Program-made: the position numbers and the translations under genes
Part shown: positions 1 to 13,527 of the stretch, piece by piece
How positions within the stretch are numbered: the first letter of the stretch is position 1
Layout of the letters: each line of letters opens with the position of its first letter
Notes under the pieces: model-generated
What the model was told of the DNA's origin: nothing
The model's input: the letters and a program-made list of their open reading frames with translations, nothing else
Databases searched by the model: none
DNA from: Pseudomonas aeruginosa PAO1
GTDB lineage: Bacteria > Pseudomonadota > Gammaproteobacteria > Pseudomonadales > Pseudomonadaceae
Assembly: GCF_000006765.1 (NCBI RefSeq)
Contig: NC_002516.2
Direction: 5' to 3' (one strand)
Length of the DNA stretch: 64,000 nt

Positions 1-2
1 AG

Positions 3-1709
3 GTCCTGATGAACCACGAGCGACGCAATGTCTCCAGCGCCCTGCACCTGTTCCAGCGCGCGGTGGAACAGAGCGCCAGCGCCTTCCTGCTGATCGACCG
101 CGACGGCGTGGTGGAATACGTCAATCCGAGCTTCACCTCGATCACCCAGTACAGCGCCGACGAAGTGCGTAACCGACGCCTGTCCGAGCTTCCGGCGCTG
201 GAGAACCTCAGCGAGCTGCTGTTCGACGCGCGTTCCGCGCTGACCCAGCAGAACAGCTGGCAGGGCGAGTTCCGCAGCCGCCGCAAGAACCACGAGCCTT
301 ACTGGGGCCAGTTGTCGCTGTCGAAGGTCTACGACGATCTCGGCGAGCTGACCCACTACATCGGCATCTACGAAGACATCACGCAGAACAAGCTGGCCCA
401 GCAGCACATCGAGAAACTCGCCTACCGCGACAACCTCACCGGCCTGGCCAACCGGCACTATTTCATCGGCGCCCTCGAGGAACGCCTGGAAAGCAGCGGC
501 GACCGCCCGCTCAGCCTGCTGCTGGTGGACATCGACAACTTCAAGCGGATCAATGACAGCCTCGGCCACCAGACCGGCGACAAGCTGCTGGTCAGCCTGG
601 CCCGGCGCTTGCGCAGTTGCCTCGGCGACGGCGCCACCCTGGCGCGCTTCGCCAGCAACGAGTTCGCCGTGCTGCTCGACGACACCGCGGTGGAAAAGGG
701 CGAAAGCATTGCCGCGCAGGTCCTGCACATGCTCGACAAGCCGCTGTTCGTCGACAACCAGTTGATCAACATCACCGGCTCCATCGGCCTGGCCAGCGCC
801 CCGCAGCACGGCTGCGACCCGCAGACCCTGATGAAGTACGCCGGCCTGGCGCTGCACAAGGCCAAGGCCAACGGCAAGCACCAGGTCCAGGTGTTCACCG
901 AGGCGCTGACCGCCGAGGCCAGCTACAAGCTGTTCGTCGAGAGCAACCTGCGCCGCGCCCTGGCGCAGAACGAACTGGCGGTGCACTACCAGCCCAAGCT
1001 GTGCCTGCGCAGCGGCCAGTTGCTCGGCCTGGAAGCCCTGCTGCGCTGGCAGCATCCGGAAAAAGGCATGATCCGCCCGGACCGCTTCATCAGCGTGGCC
1101 GAGGAAACCGGGCTGATCGTGCCGATCGGCAAGTGGGTGATCCGCGAAGCCTGTCGCCAGGCCCGCGAGCTGGCCGAGGCCGGGCTGGGCGAGCTGCAGA
1201 TCGCCATCAACCTGTCGCCCAAGCAGTTCACCGACCCGGACCTGGTCGGCTCGATCGCGGCGATCCTCCACGAAGAGAACATCCCGGCCAGCCAGCTGGA
1301 ACTGGAGCTCACCGAAAGCCTGCTGCTGGACGCCACCGACGATACCCGCCAGCAACTCGAACGCCTGAAGAGCCTCGGCCTGACCCTGGCGATGGACGAC
1401 TTCGGCACCGGCTACTCGTCACTGAGCTACCTGAAGAAATTCCCCATCGACGTGATCAAGATCGACCGCAGCTTCATCAAGGACATCCCGGACAGCCAGG
1501 ACGACATGGAAATCACCTCGGCGGTGATCGCCATGGCCCACAACCTCAAGCTCAAGGTAGTCGCCGAAGGCGTGGAGAGCGCCGAGCAACTGGCCTTCCT
1601 CCGGCGCAACCGCTGCGACATCGGCCAGGGCTACCTGTTCGACCGGCCGATCCCCAGCGACCTGCTCAATACCAGTCTGCTGCGCTATCCCTGCCGCACC
1701 CTGCACTGA
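3..1709 (+). CDS. dipA: c-di-GMP phosphodiesterase, PAS-GGDEF(degenerate)-EAL; 5' truncated by window edge
   Basis: Frame is open from base 3. PAS domain, then a GGDEF domain with degenerate ASNEF motif, then an EAL domain (EALLRW, DDFGTGYSSL, EGVE). The ASNEF motif and position before msrA match DipA/Pch. Confidence 0.9.
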   Translation, partial: VLMNHERRNVSSALHLFQRAVEQSASAFLLIDRDGVVEYVNPSFTSITQYSADEVRNRRLSELPALENLSELLFDARSALTQQNSWQGEFRSRRKNHEPYWGQLSLSKVYDDLGELTHYIGIYEDITQNKLAQQHIEKLAYRDNLTGLANRHYFIGALEERLESSGDRPLSLLLVDIDNFKRINDSLGHQTGDKLLVSLARRLRSCLGDGATLARFASNEFAVLLDDTAVEKGESIAAQVLHMLDKPLFVDNQLINITGSIGLASAPQHGCDPQTLMKYAGLALHKAKANGKHQVQVFTEALTAEASYKLFVESNLRRALAQNELAVHYQPKLCLRSGQLLGLEALLRWQHPEKGMIRPDRFISVAEETGLIVPIGKWVIREACRQARELAEAGLGELQIAINLSPKQFTDPDLVGSIAAILHEENIPASQLELELTESLLLDATDDTRQQLERLKSLGLTLAMDDFGTGYSSLSYLKKFPIDVIKIDRSFIKDIPDSQDDMEITSAVIAMAHNLKLKVVAEGVESAEQLAFLRRNRCDIGQGYLFDRPIPSDLLNTSLLRYPCRTLH

Positions 1710-1802
1710 TCGCCCAGGCTTCCCCCGCCGGCGCGGAAAGGCTGTACTCTCTGTGCTCATCCGCGAGTCATTCGCCTACCCCCTGAGCAGGAGACGAGAG
1801 CC

Positions 1803-2450
1803 ATGGTTCTGCGTTCTGAAATCCTCACCAAGAAAAGCGAGCTGCCCACGCCGGACCAGGCCCTGCCGGGTCGCGAAAGCGCCATGCCGGTGCCCGAAGC
1901 GCACTTCGTCAACGGCCGCCCGCTGACCGCGCCGTTCCCCGCCGGCCTGCAACAGGTGCTGTTCGGCATGGGCTGCTTCTGGGGCGCCGAGCGTCGCCTC
2001 TGGCAGCAACCGGGTGTCTGGGTGACCGCGGTGGGTTATGCCGGCGGCTACACGCCGAACCCGACCTACGACGAAGTCTGCTCCGGCCTGACCGGCCACA
2101 GCGAGGTCGTGCTGGTGGTCTACAACCCGCAGGAGACCAGCTTCGAACAGCTGCTCAAGGTATTCTGGGAAGCCCACGATCCGACCCAGGGCATGCGCCA
2201 GGGCGGCGACATCGGCACCCAGTACCGCTCGGTGATCTACACCTTCGACGCGGCCCAGAAAGCCGCGGCCATGGCCAGCCGGGAGAGCTTCCAGGCCGAA
2301 CTGGCGAAAGCCGGCTACGACCGCATCACCACCGAGATCGCCGACGTCCCGCCCTTCTACTACGCCGAGGCCTACCACCAGCAGTACCTGGCGAAGAACC
2401 CCAACGGCTACTGCGGCCTGGGCGGCACCGGGGTGTGCCTGCCGGCCTGA
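1803..2450 (+). CDS. msrA: Peptide methionine sulfoxide reductase A
   Basis: GMGCFWGAE active-site motif, YHQQYL, C-terminal GYCG; GGAG SD upstream; 215 aa. Confidence 0.97.
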   Translation: MVLRSEILTKKSELPTPDQALPGRESAMPVPEAHFVNGRPLTAPFPAGLQQVLFGMGCFWGAERRLWQQPGVWVTAVGYAGGYTPNPTYDEVCSGLTGHSEVVLVVYNPQETSFEQLLKVFWEAHDPTQGMRQGGDIGTQYRSVIYTFDAAQKAAAMASRESFQAELAKAGYDRITTEIADVPPFYYAEAYHQQYLAKNPNGYCGLGGTGVCLPA

Positions 2451-2453
2451 CGA

Positions 2454-3290
2454 CTATTCCGCCACCAGCCAGTCGAGACGCCAGCCGCCCTGGCTCTGGG
2501 CCATGACCTCGGCCAGCCAGGGCAGCAGGTCGCGCAGTTCGTCTTCCAGCGGCCACGGCGGATTGACGATGGCCAGCCCGGAGCCGTTGAAACGCTCGGC
2601 GTCGTCGATCGGATGCACGTGCAGCTCGGCACGCAGCAGCTTCGGCGCGACGCTACGTTCCAGGGCCTGGTAGAAACGCTTGAGCTGGCGCTGGTCCTTG
2701 ATCGGATACCAGATCACCACCACCGTCTGGCGCATCCGCCCGATCGCCTCGTCGAGCGCAGCGACACAACGCTGCAATTCGTCGGCCTGCTCGAACGGCG
2801 GATCGATCAGCAGCACCGCGCGCTTTTCCGGCGCCGGCAGGAACGCCCGCGGCAGCAGCCAACCGTCGCCCTGGTGCACGGCGACCCGCCGTTCGCCCGC
2901 CATGTTGGCCTTGAGCAGGCGGCCGTCCTCGGGATGCAGTTCGTTGAGCAGCACGCGGTCCTGGGCGCGGGTCAGGCGCCGCGCCAGTTCCGGCGAGCCC
3001 GGGTAGTAGCGCAGGGAGCCGTCCGGGTTCAGGTGACGGATCACGTCCAGGTAATCGTCCAGTTGCTCGGGCAGGCCTTCGCGCTCCCACAGGCGGGCGA
3101 TGCCCTGCTCCCACTCGCCGGTGCGGCTGGCCTCGTCACCCTGCAGGTCGTAGAGGCCGACCCCGGAATGGCTGTCCAGGTAGGCGTACGGCGTGTCCTT
3201 GCGCCCCAGCAGGGCGAAGATCCGCGCCAGCACCAGGTGCTTGAAGACATCGGCATGGTTGCCGGCGTGGTAAGCGTGACGATAGTTCAT
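2454..3290 (-). CDS. rlmJ: 23S rRNA m6A2030 methyltransferase
   Basis: Start reset to MNYRHAYHAGNHADVFKH (family N-terminus); DPPFE and WYPIK motifs; 278 aa. Confidence 0.93.
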   Translation of the reverse strand: MNYRHAYHAGNHADVFKHLVLARIFALLGRKDTPYAYLDSHSGVGLYDLQGDEASRTGEWEQGIARLWEREGLPEQLDDYLDVIRHLNPDGSLRYYPGSPELARRLTRAQDRVLLNELHPEDGRLLKANMAGERRVAVHQGDGWLLPRAFLPAPEKRAVLLIDPPFEQADELQRCVAALDEAIGRMRQTVVVIWYPIKDQRQLKRFYQALERSVAPKLLRAELHVHPIDDAERFNGSGLAIVNPPWPLEDELRDLLPWLAEVMAQSQGGWRLDWLVAE

Positions 3291-3592
3291 GATGACTGCT
3301 CCTTGGACAGCGCCAGGCAGCGCTGCTAGCCGGACCGCCCGGCCCCGGCGGTTTCGCGCCGACCCCGCGTCGGCACAGGCCCTCGCCCATGGGCGAGGGG
3401 CGCGGATTCTACCAGCCTCCCGAGGCTTCGGCAGCGGTCTCGCCGTCGCAGGTTTGGCCCTTGTATCACGCATATCGATGTTGGTTGGCGACCTTCATTC
3501 ACCAGCCTAGACTCGCTGGCACCCTGGCACCGCCTGCGACGGTCGATGCCTTCGCCGCGCCGCCCCACGATCCCCCTTTCGCCGAGGTCGTC

Positions 3593-5395
3593 ATGTCCGA
3601 AACCCTGCTCAGTTCCCGCAACCTGGCGTTCGAGCTGTACGAAGTCCTCGATGCCGAAGCCCTGACCCAGCGCCCGCGCTTCGCCGAACATAGCCGCGAA
3701 ACCTTCGATGCCGCCCTCGGCACCGCGCGGAGCCTGGCGGAAAAGCTGTTCGCCCCGCACAACCGCAAGGGCGACGAACACGAGCCGCTCTATGAGAATG
3801 GCTCAGCCACGCTGATTCCGGAAGTGAAGCCGGCAGTGGATGCCTTCCTCGACGCCGGCTTCCTCAACGCCACCCGCAGCTTCGAGCAAGGCGGCATGCA
3901 GTTGCCGACCCTGCTGTCGCAGGCCTGCTTCGCCCACTTCCAGGCGGCCAACGTCGGTAGCTCGGCCTATCCGTTCCTGACCATGGGTGCCGCCAACCTG
4001 ATCGAGAGCTTCGGCAGCGAGGAGCAGAAGCAGCGCTTCCTGCAACCGATGATCGAGGGCCGCTTCTTCGGCACCATGGCCCTCACCGAACCGCACGCCG
4101 GCTCCTCCCTCTCCGACATCCGCACCCGCGCCGAACCGGCCGCCGACGGCAGCTATCGGATCAAGGGCAACAAGATCTTCATCTCCGGCGGCGACCACCC
4201 GCTCTCCGAGAACATCGTGCATATGGTCCTGGCCAAGCTGCCGGATGCACCGCCGGGGGTGAAAGGCATCTCGCTGTTCATCGTGCCGAAGTTCCTGGTC
4301 AACGCCGACGGCAGCCTCGGGCCGCGCAACGACGTGATCCTCGCCGGCCTGTTCCACAAGATGGGTTATCGCGGCACCACCTCCACCGCGCTGAACTTCG
4401 GCGACAACGGCGCCTGCGTCGGCTACCTGGTGGGCAAGCCGCACCACGGCCTGGCCTACATGTTCCAGATGATGAACGAGGCGCGCATCGGCGTCGGCAT
4501 GGGCGCGGTGATGCTTGGCTATGCCGGTTACCTCTATTCGCTGGAGTACGCCCGCGAACGCCCGCAGGGCCGCCTGCCGGACGGCAAGGACCCGAGCGCG
4601 CCACAGGTGGCGATCATCCGCCACGCCGACGTGCGGCGCATGCTGCTGACCCAGAAGGCCTATGTCGAAGGCGCCTTCGACCTGGGCCTGTACGCCGCGC
4701 GCCTGTTCGACGACAGCCAGACCCTGGAAGACGACGAACAGCGCCGCCAGGCCCACGACCTGCTCGACCTGCTGACCCCGATCGTCAAGTCCTGGCCCTC
4801 GGAGTTCTGCCTGAAGGCCAACGAGCTGGCGATCCAGATCCTCGGCGGCCACGGCTACACCCGCGAATACCCGGTGGAACAGTACTACCGCGACAATCGC
4901 CTGAACCCGATCCACGAAGGCACCCACGGCATCCAGTCCCTCGACCTGCTGGGACGCAAGGTCGGGCAGAACAATGGCGCCGGCCTGCGCCAGCTGACCC
5001 GCCTGATCCAGGATGCCTGCCGGCGCGCCGAAGCCCACCCATCCCTGGTCGCCCTGCGCCAGCCGCTGGAACGGCTGGTGGCGCGGCTGTCCGAGGTGAC
5101 CCTGGCACTGCTCGGCGACCTGATGCAGGGCCAGGTCAACCAGGGCCTGGCCAACTCGGCGCTGTACCTGAAAGTGTTCGGCCATGCGGTGATCGGCTGG
5201 CGCTGGCTGGAGCAGGCGATCCGCGCCGAGGAAGGGCTGGCTCGCGGCGACTGCGCCGACGCCGACTTCTATCGCGGCAAGTTGCAGGCCGCACGCTACT
5301 TCCTGACCTGGGAAGTGCCTGGCTGCCACCACGAACTGGCGCTGCTGGAGGCCCGCGACGACGTGTGTTCGAGCATGCAGGAAGAATGGTTCTGA
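3593..5395 (+). CDS. Acyl-CoA dehydrogenase (about 600 aa type)
   Basis: MALTEPHAGSSL, GNKIFISGG, QILGGHGY and IHEGTHGIQ motifs; start moved to ATG 3593 behind a GAGG SD. Confidence 0.92.
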   Translation: MSETLLSSRNLAFELYEVLDAEALTQRPRFAEHSRETFDAALGTARSLAEKLFAPHNRKGDEHEPLYENGSATLIPEVKPAVDAFLDAGFLNATRSFEQGGMQLPTLLSQACFAHFQAANVGSSAYPFLTMGAANLIESFGSEEQKQRFLQPMIEGRFFGTMALTEPHAGSSLSDIRTRAEPAADGSYRIKGNKIFISGGDHPLSENIVHMVLAKLPDAPPGVKGISLFIVPKFLVNADGSLGPRNDVILAGLFHKMGYRGTTSTALNFGDNGACVGYLVGKPHHGLAYMFQMMNEARIGVGMGAVMLGYAGYLYSLEYARERPQGRLPDGKDPSAPQVAIIRHADVRRMLLTQKAYVEGAFDLGLYAARLFDDSQTLEDDEQRRQAHDLLDLLTPIVKSWPSEFCLKANELAIQILGGHGYTREYPVEQYYRDNRLNPIHEGTHGIQSLDLLGRKVGQNNGAGLRQLTRLIQDACRRAEAHPSLVALRQPLERLVARLSEVTLALLGDLMQGQVNQGLANSALYLKVFGHAVIGWRWLEQAIRAEEGLARGDCADADFYRGKLQAARYFLTWEVPGCHHELALLEARDDVCSSMQEEWF

Positions 5396-5413
5396 TCCTG
5401 CCTGCCCTTTCCC

Positions 5414-5439
5414 GCCCCGGTCACGTCCGGGGCTTTTTT
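5414..5439 (+). terminator. Rho-independent terminator
   Basis: GCCCCGG-tcacgt-CCGGGGC followed by T6, just after the acyl-CoA dehydrogenase stop. Confidence 0.88.
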
Positions 5440-5687
5440 ATGTCCGGGCATGGACGCCGGGTTGCCGTTGCCTGGCGGCCACGCCGGCGAGTCCGCGCGC
5501 ACTCGCCCGGACAACGCGAAAGCCTTGGAATTCCTTCGAAAAAAACCGCAGCCGCCCCTTTACAGTCCGCCAAATCCGCAGGTTAGAATCACTTGGCATG
5601 CGGCCTGCATCCTGTCTACGTAATTCCCCTACGTAAAACCGACCCGTAGCGTCGCCTTCCCCCTGTCCCGCCGCGAGGAGGCCGACC

Positions 5688-7430
<1,743 letters not shown>

Positions 7431-7449
7431 TTTCCTGTCGAATTCCCGT

Positions 7450-7475
7450 TCCGAGGCGCCTTGCGGCGCCTCGGA
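7450..7475. other. Intercistronic perfect hairpin without U-tract
   Basis: TCCGAGGCGCC-ttgc-GGCGCCTCGGA, an 11-bp stem between cvrA and mscK. Confidence 0.7.
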
Positions 7476-7521
7476 GCCACCACTAACCTGCATTCACCCT
7501 TCTTCGAGTCTCTTCTCGACC

Positions 7522-10500
7522 ATGCCTGCCCTTCGCTCCCTGATCGCTATTCTTTTCCTCGGCCTCTGCCTTGCCAGTCCGCCGCTCCTCGCCCAGTCCG
7601 AGCCGCCCTCGGCCGAGGCCGTCCAGCAAAGCCTCGACAAGCTGGCCGAGCGCAAGCTCGCCGAAGCCGACCAGAAGGTCGCCAAGGCCAGCCTCGAACA
7701 GACCCTCAAGTTCCTCGCCGCGCGCGACGAAGCGCTGCAGAGCCTGGAGGACCTGAAAAAGCGCCTGAGCGACGCGCCCCGGCAGATCGAGGAAAACCAG
7801 CGCGAACTGGAGCGCCTGAAGAAGACCAAAGAACGTCCGGTCAGCGAACGCTACAGCGGCGAGAGCGCGGCCCGCCTGGAAATGCTGCTCAACGACCGCA
7901 CCACCCAGCAGGCCGAGTGGCAGAAAGCCCTGGGCGAGGCCAACAGCCTGTCGATCACCGCCGAGACCCGTCCGGAACGAGCCCAGGCCGGCATCAGCAG
8001 CATGCAGGCACGGATCCTGGAAATCGGCTCGCTGCTCAAGGCCGGCAAGGAAAGCGGCAAGACGATCAACGCCGACCGTCGCGGCGAGCTGCTCGCCGAG
8101 CAGGCCGCATTGACCGTGCAGAGCCAGCTGTTGCGCCAGGAGCTGGCCGGCAACAACCTGCTGCAGGACCTCGGCAAGAGCCAGCACGATCTGCTCACCG
8201 AGAAGATCTCGCGCCTGGAAAAGGAAACCCTCGACCTGCAGGCGCTGATCAGCGAGAAGCGCCGCGAGCAGTCGGAAAAGACCGTCGCCGAGCTGTCCAA
8301 GGAAGGCGCCCAGGGGGCCGGCACCGACAGCCTGCTGAGCCAGGAGAACGCCAAGAACCTGCGTCTCTCCGACTACCTGCTGCGCGCCACCGACCGCCTC
8401 AACGTGCTCACCCGGCGCAACCTCGAGACCAAGCAGCAACTGGACAACCTGACCCAGTCCAACCAGGCCCTCGAGGAACAGATCAACGTCCTGCGCGGCA
8501 GCCTGCTGCTGTCGCGCATCCTCTACAAGCAGAAACAGGCGCTGCCCAAGATCAAGGCCGACCAGAGCCTGGCCGACGAGATCGCCGACCTGCGCCTCGG
8601 CCAGTTCGAACTGAACCAGGAACGCGACAAGCTGGCGACCCCGCAGCAATACCTGGACGACCTGCTCGCCCAGCAGCCCAGCGAGCAGGTCACGCCGGAA
8701 CTGCGCAAGGATCTCGACACCCTGTTGGCAACCCGTTCCGAGTTGCTCGAACGGCTCAACCACGAACTCAACGCGCTGCTCAACGAAGCGATCACCTTGC
8801 AGTTGAACCAGAAACAGTTGCTTTCCACCAGCGAGAGCCTGCGCACCACCCTCGACGAGCAGATGTTCTGGATTCCCAGCAACCAGCCGCTCGACCTGTC
8901 CTGGTTCAAGATGACCCCGACCCTGCTGAAGAACCAGCTCACCGAGATCCCCTGGGGCTCCGGGGTGCGTGAACTGGGCGAAGGCCTGGTCGATCGGCCG
9001 CTGCTGTTCCTGCCGCTGTTCCTGCTGATCGCCGCGCTGCTGTGGAAACGCCGCTACCTGTACGACAAGCTGGCGGAGCTGAACGACGACATCGGCCACT
9101 TCAAGCGCGACAGCCAGTTGCATACCCCGCTGGCGATCCTGATCACCATCCTCCTCGCCCTGCCCGGCACCCTGACCTTCGCCGTCGCCGGGCTGGCCCT
9201 GCTGCTGGACGCCCGCGGCCAGAACGCCACCCTCGGCAGCGCCCTGCTGGAAATGGCCCAGGTCTGGCTGCTGTTCTACACCGCCCATCGCATCCTCACC
9301 CCGGGCGGCATCGCCGAGCGGCATTTCCACTGGAGCCGCGAACAGGTCGGCTTCCTCGACCGGCACCTGGTCCGCCTCGGCGTTGTGGTCCTGGCGCTGG
9401 TCGGCGTGGTGACGGTGGCCGAGCACCAGCCGGCGAGTCTGGCCGACGACGTGATCGGCATCGCCGTGGTCCTGCTCGGCTACGCGGCCATGGCCTGGCT
9501 GCTCAGCCGCCTGCTGTTCAGCAGCCCCGGCGACGAACGTCCGTCGCTGATCAAGATGATCGTCGGCATCCTCTTCACCGCGCTGCCGCTGGTGCTCTTC
9601 GTCGCGGTCTGCTTCGGCTACTACTACACCTCGCTGAAGCTCACCGACCGTCTCATCGATACCCTTTACCTGCTGCTGCTCTGGTTCGTCATCGAAGCCG
9701 CCTTCGTCCGCGGCCTGGGCGTGGCGGCCCGGCGCCTGGCCTACGCCCGGGCCCTGGCGAAACGGCAGAACGCGGCGAAGGAAGGCGTCGACGGCGAGAC
9801 CAACGTCGAGGAGCCGACCCTCGGCATCGAGCAGATCAACCAGCAATCGCTGCGGCTGATCCGCCTGGCTCTGCTGATCGGCTTCATCGTCTGCCTGTAC
9901 TGGGTCTGGGCCGACCTGATCAGCGTGATCTCCTACCTCGACAACGTCACCCTGTACCAGTACACCGCCGGCACCGGCGAAGCGGCCACCAGCGTGCCGA
10001 TCAGCCTGCGCGACTTCCTCGCGGCGCTGGCCATCGCGGTGGTCACCGTGGCCCTGGCGCGCAACCTGCCCGGCCTGCTGGAAGTCCTGGTACTGCAGCG
10101 CCTGACCCTGGCCCAGGGCAGCGCCTACGCCACCACCACCCTGCTTTCCTACGCCATCAGCGGCATCGGCATCGTCAGCGCCCTGTCCACCCTCGGGGTC
10201 AGCTGGGACAAGCTGCAATGGCTGGTGGCGGCGCTCTCGGTAGGCCTCGGTTTCGGCCTGCAGGCGATCTTCTCCAACTTCGTCTCCGGCCTGATCATCC
10301 TCTTCGAGCGTCCGGTACGAATCGGCGACGTGGTGACCATCGGCAACCTGTCCGGCACGGTCAGCCGGATCCGCATCCGCGCCACCACCATCACCGATTT
10401 CGACCGCAAGGAGATCATCGTCCCGAACCAGACCTTCATCACCGGGCAACTGGTGAACTGGTCGCTGAGCGATACCGTGACCCGGGTCACCATCAAGATC

Positions 10501-10878
10501 GGCCTGGCCTACGAGACCGACCTGCCGCTGGCGCGCAAGCTGATGATGCAGGCGGTCAAGGAAAACCCGCGGGTACTGCGCGACCCGGAGCCGCTGCTGT
10601 ACTTCCTGACCATCAGCGCCAGTACCTTCGACTACGAGCTGCGCTTCCACGTCCGCGAACTGGGCGACCGCAACCCCTCTACCGACGAGATCCTGACGAA
10701 GATCGCCACCAGCTTCCGCGAACACAAGATCGACATGGCTTTCAACCAGGTCGATGTGTTCGTCAAGAACCTCCAGGGCCAGCAGGTCCAGCTGTTCGTC
10801 GGCGAGCCGCAGCACAGCGGCGTCGGCAATCCGCCCGCGCTCAAGGGCCAGGACGGTCCCGCCGAACCGACCCGCTGA
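7522..10878 (+). CDS. mscK: Mechanosensitive channel MscK/KefA
   Basis: Signal peptide, long coiled-coil periplasmic region, TM block, MscS core (VGLGFGLQAIFSNFVSGLIILFERPVRIGD); 1118 aa. Confidence 0.93.
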   Translation: MPALRSLIAILFLGLCLASPPLLAQSEPPSAEAVQQSLDKLAERKLAEADQKVAKASLEQTLKFLAARDEALQSLEDLKKRLSDAPRQIEENQRELERLKKTKERPVSERYSGESAARLEMLLNDRTTQQAEWQKALGEANSLSITAETRPERAQAGISSMQARILEIGSLLKAGKESGKTINADRRGELLAEQAALTVQSQLLRQELAGNNLLQDLGKSQHDLLTEKISRLEKETLDLQALISEKRREQSEKTVAELSKEGAQGAGTDSLLSQENAKNLRLSDYLLRATDRLNVLTRRNLETKQQLDNLTQSNQALEEQINVLRGSLLLSRILYKQKQALPKIKADQSLADEIADLRLGQFELNQERDKLATPQQYLDDLLAQQPSEQVTPELRKDLDTLLATRSELLERLNHELNALLNEAITLQLNQKQLLSTSESLRTTLDEQMFWIPSNQPLDLSWFKMTPTLLKNQLTEIPWGSGVRELGEGLVDRPLLFLPLFLLIAALLWKRRYLYDKLAELNDDIGHFKRDSQLHTPLAILITILLALPGTLTFAVAGLALLLDARGQNATLGSALLEMAQVWLLFYTAHRILTPGGIAERHFHWSREQVGFLDRHLVRLGVVVLALVGVVTVAEHQPASLADDVIGIAVVLLGYAAMAWLLSRLLFSSPGDERPSLIKMIVGILFTALPLVLFVAVCFGYYYTSLKLTDRLIDTLYLLLLWFVIEAAFVRGLGVAARRLAYARALAKRQNAAKEGVDGETNVEEPTLGIEQINQQSLRLIRLALLIGFIVCLYWVWADLISVISYLDNVTLYQYTAGTGEAATSVPISLRDFLAALAIAVVTVALARNLPGLLEVLVLQRLTLAQGSAYATTTLLSYAISGIGIVSALSTLGVSWDKLQWLVAALSVGLGFGLQAIFSNFVSGLIILFERPVRIGDVVTIGNLSGTVSRIRIRATTITDFDRKEIIVPNQTFITGQLVNWSLSDTVTRVTIKIGLAYETDLPLARKLMMQAVKENPRVLRDPEPLLYFLTISASTFDYELRFHVRELGDRNPSTDEILTKIATSFREHKIDMAFNQVDVFVKNLQGQQVQLFVGEPQHSGVGNPPALKGQDGPAEPTR

Positions 10879-12405
<1,527 letters not shown>

Positions 12406-12555
12406 CGGGATGCCCTGACAGAACGGCGGCCGATAATGCCGCAATGGAATAAATACCTTCGGAAAACTTCTTAGACGCACTAAGAAAAGCCGATTATCTT
12501 CGCCGCCACACTTATTCCAGCCTGTTCTACCACCTCCTGTCAGGCGCCTTGCCGC

Positions 12556-13527
12556 ATGAAGATACGCGACCTCGATCTCAGCCAGAGTTCGATCAACACC
12601 GAACACCAGGCGCTAGGTCTGCCTCCTGTCGAAGATTTCGTCACCCATCCGGACGACCACCCGGTACTGCGCGCCGCCATGTGGGCGGCGGTGCTGATCC
12701 TGGTCGGCCTGCTCGCCTTCCTGGCCTGGCGCCTGTTCTTCGACAACGGCGGCAGCAGCGGCTTCGAGATCATCGAGCAGGCCCTGACCAGCCGAGGTTT
12801 CTGGAGCGCGGTGGCGGTGGGCTTCTTCGCCCAGGTGATCGACGGTGCGCTGGGCATGGCCTACGGCATTACTGCCACCACCTTCCTGCTCAGCGCTGGC
12901 GCCACGCCGGCCGCTGCCAGCGCCAGCGTGCACATCGCCGAAGTGTTCACCACCGGCTTTTCCGGGATTTCCCACGTCAAGCTCGGCAACGTCAACAAGT
13001 CACTCTTCCTCCGCCTGCTGCTGCCGGGAATGATCGGCGCGGTGCTCGGCGCCGTGCTGATAACCCGCTTCGACGGCCACCAGCTCAAGCCCTTCATCTC
13101 CGCCTACCTGCTGCTGATGGGCCTGTACATCCTGAGCAAGGCCTACCGCCACGTGATCAAGCGCCGGGCACCGCGCCACGTGGCCAAGCTGGCACTCTTC
13201 GGCGGCTTCGTCGATGCTGCCGGCGGCGGCTGGGGCCCGGTGGTCACCAGCAGCCTGATCGGCTCGGGTAGCGACCCGCGCACCACCATCGGCTCGGTGA
13301 ACTTCGCCGAGTTCTTCCTGACCATCGCCAGCGCCACCTCCTTCATCCTCCTCGCTGGCCAGCCGGACACCTGGAAGATGGTCGCCGGGCTGGTCTTCGG
13401 CGGCCTGTTCGCCGCGCCGTTCGCCGCCCTGCTGTGCAAGAAGCTTTCGCCGCGCACCCTGCTGGTCATCGTCGGCACCCTGATCACCCTGATCAGCGCC
13501 TACAACATCTACATCGGCCTGCGCTGA
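12556..13527 (+). CDS. TauE/SafE-family (YtnM-like) sulfite exporter / sulfur-compound transporter
   Basis: AQVIDGALGMAYG, ASASVHIAEVFTT, GWGP and GSVNFAEFF motifs; multiple TM segments. The start codon is uncertain (weak SD). Confidence 0.82.
   Translation: MKIRDLDLSQSSINTEHQALGLPPVEDFVTHPDDHPVLRAAMWAAVLILVGLLAFLAWRLFFDNGGSSGFEIIEQALTSRGFWSAVAVGFFAQVIDGALGMAYGITATTFLLSAGATPAAASASVHIAEVFTTGFSGISHVKLGNVNKSLFLRLLLPGMIGAVLGAVLITRFDGHQLKPFISAYLLLMGLYILSKAYRHVIKRRAPRHVAKLALFGGFVDAAGGGWGPVVTSSLIGSGSDPRTTIGSVNFAEFFLTIASATSFILLAGQPDTWKMVAGLVFGGLFAAPFAALLCKKLSPRTLLVIVGTLITLISAYNIYIGLR

Noticed and set aside
661-675. Degenerate GGDEF (ASNEF) region as a novel or pseudogenised cyclase
   Set aside because: This is the known state of DipA, an active phosphodiesterase with an inactive GGDEF domain.
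617-1786. Long Arg/Pro/Gly/Ala-rich alternative-frame ORFs (also 6440-7486, 9042-11201, 18263-20077, 62175-63797)
   Set aside because: Typical off-frame translations of GC-rich coding DNA, fully overlapping well-supported genes.
3291-3592. N-terminal extensions in the ORF track for rlmJ, acyl-CoA dehydrogenase, SDR, AraC, aroB, pilQ, pilO, M48 protease, hslV, phaI and ubiE
   Set aside because: Downstream starts give family-typical N-termini with SD sites; the extensions run through promoters or neighbouring genes. Only the phaZ extension was kept, because of its stop/start overlap.
5450-5687. Possible cation-sensing riboswitch upstream of the cvrA antiporter
   Set aside because: Context is suggestive, but I cannot match any known aptamer consensus by eye, and the likely -10 (TAGAAT 5584-5589) leaves a leader of only about 90 nt. 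An Rfam search would be needed.
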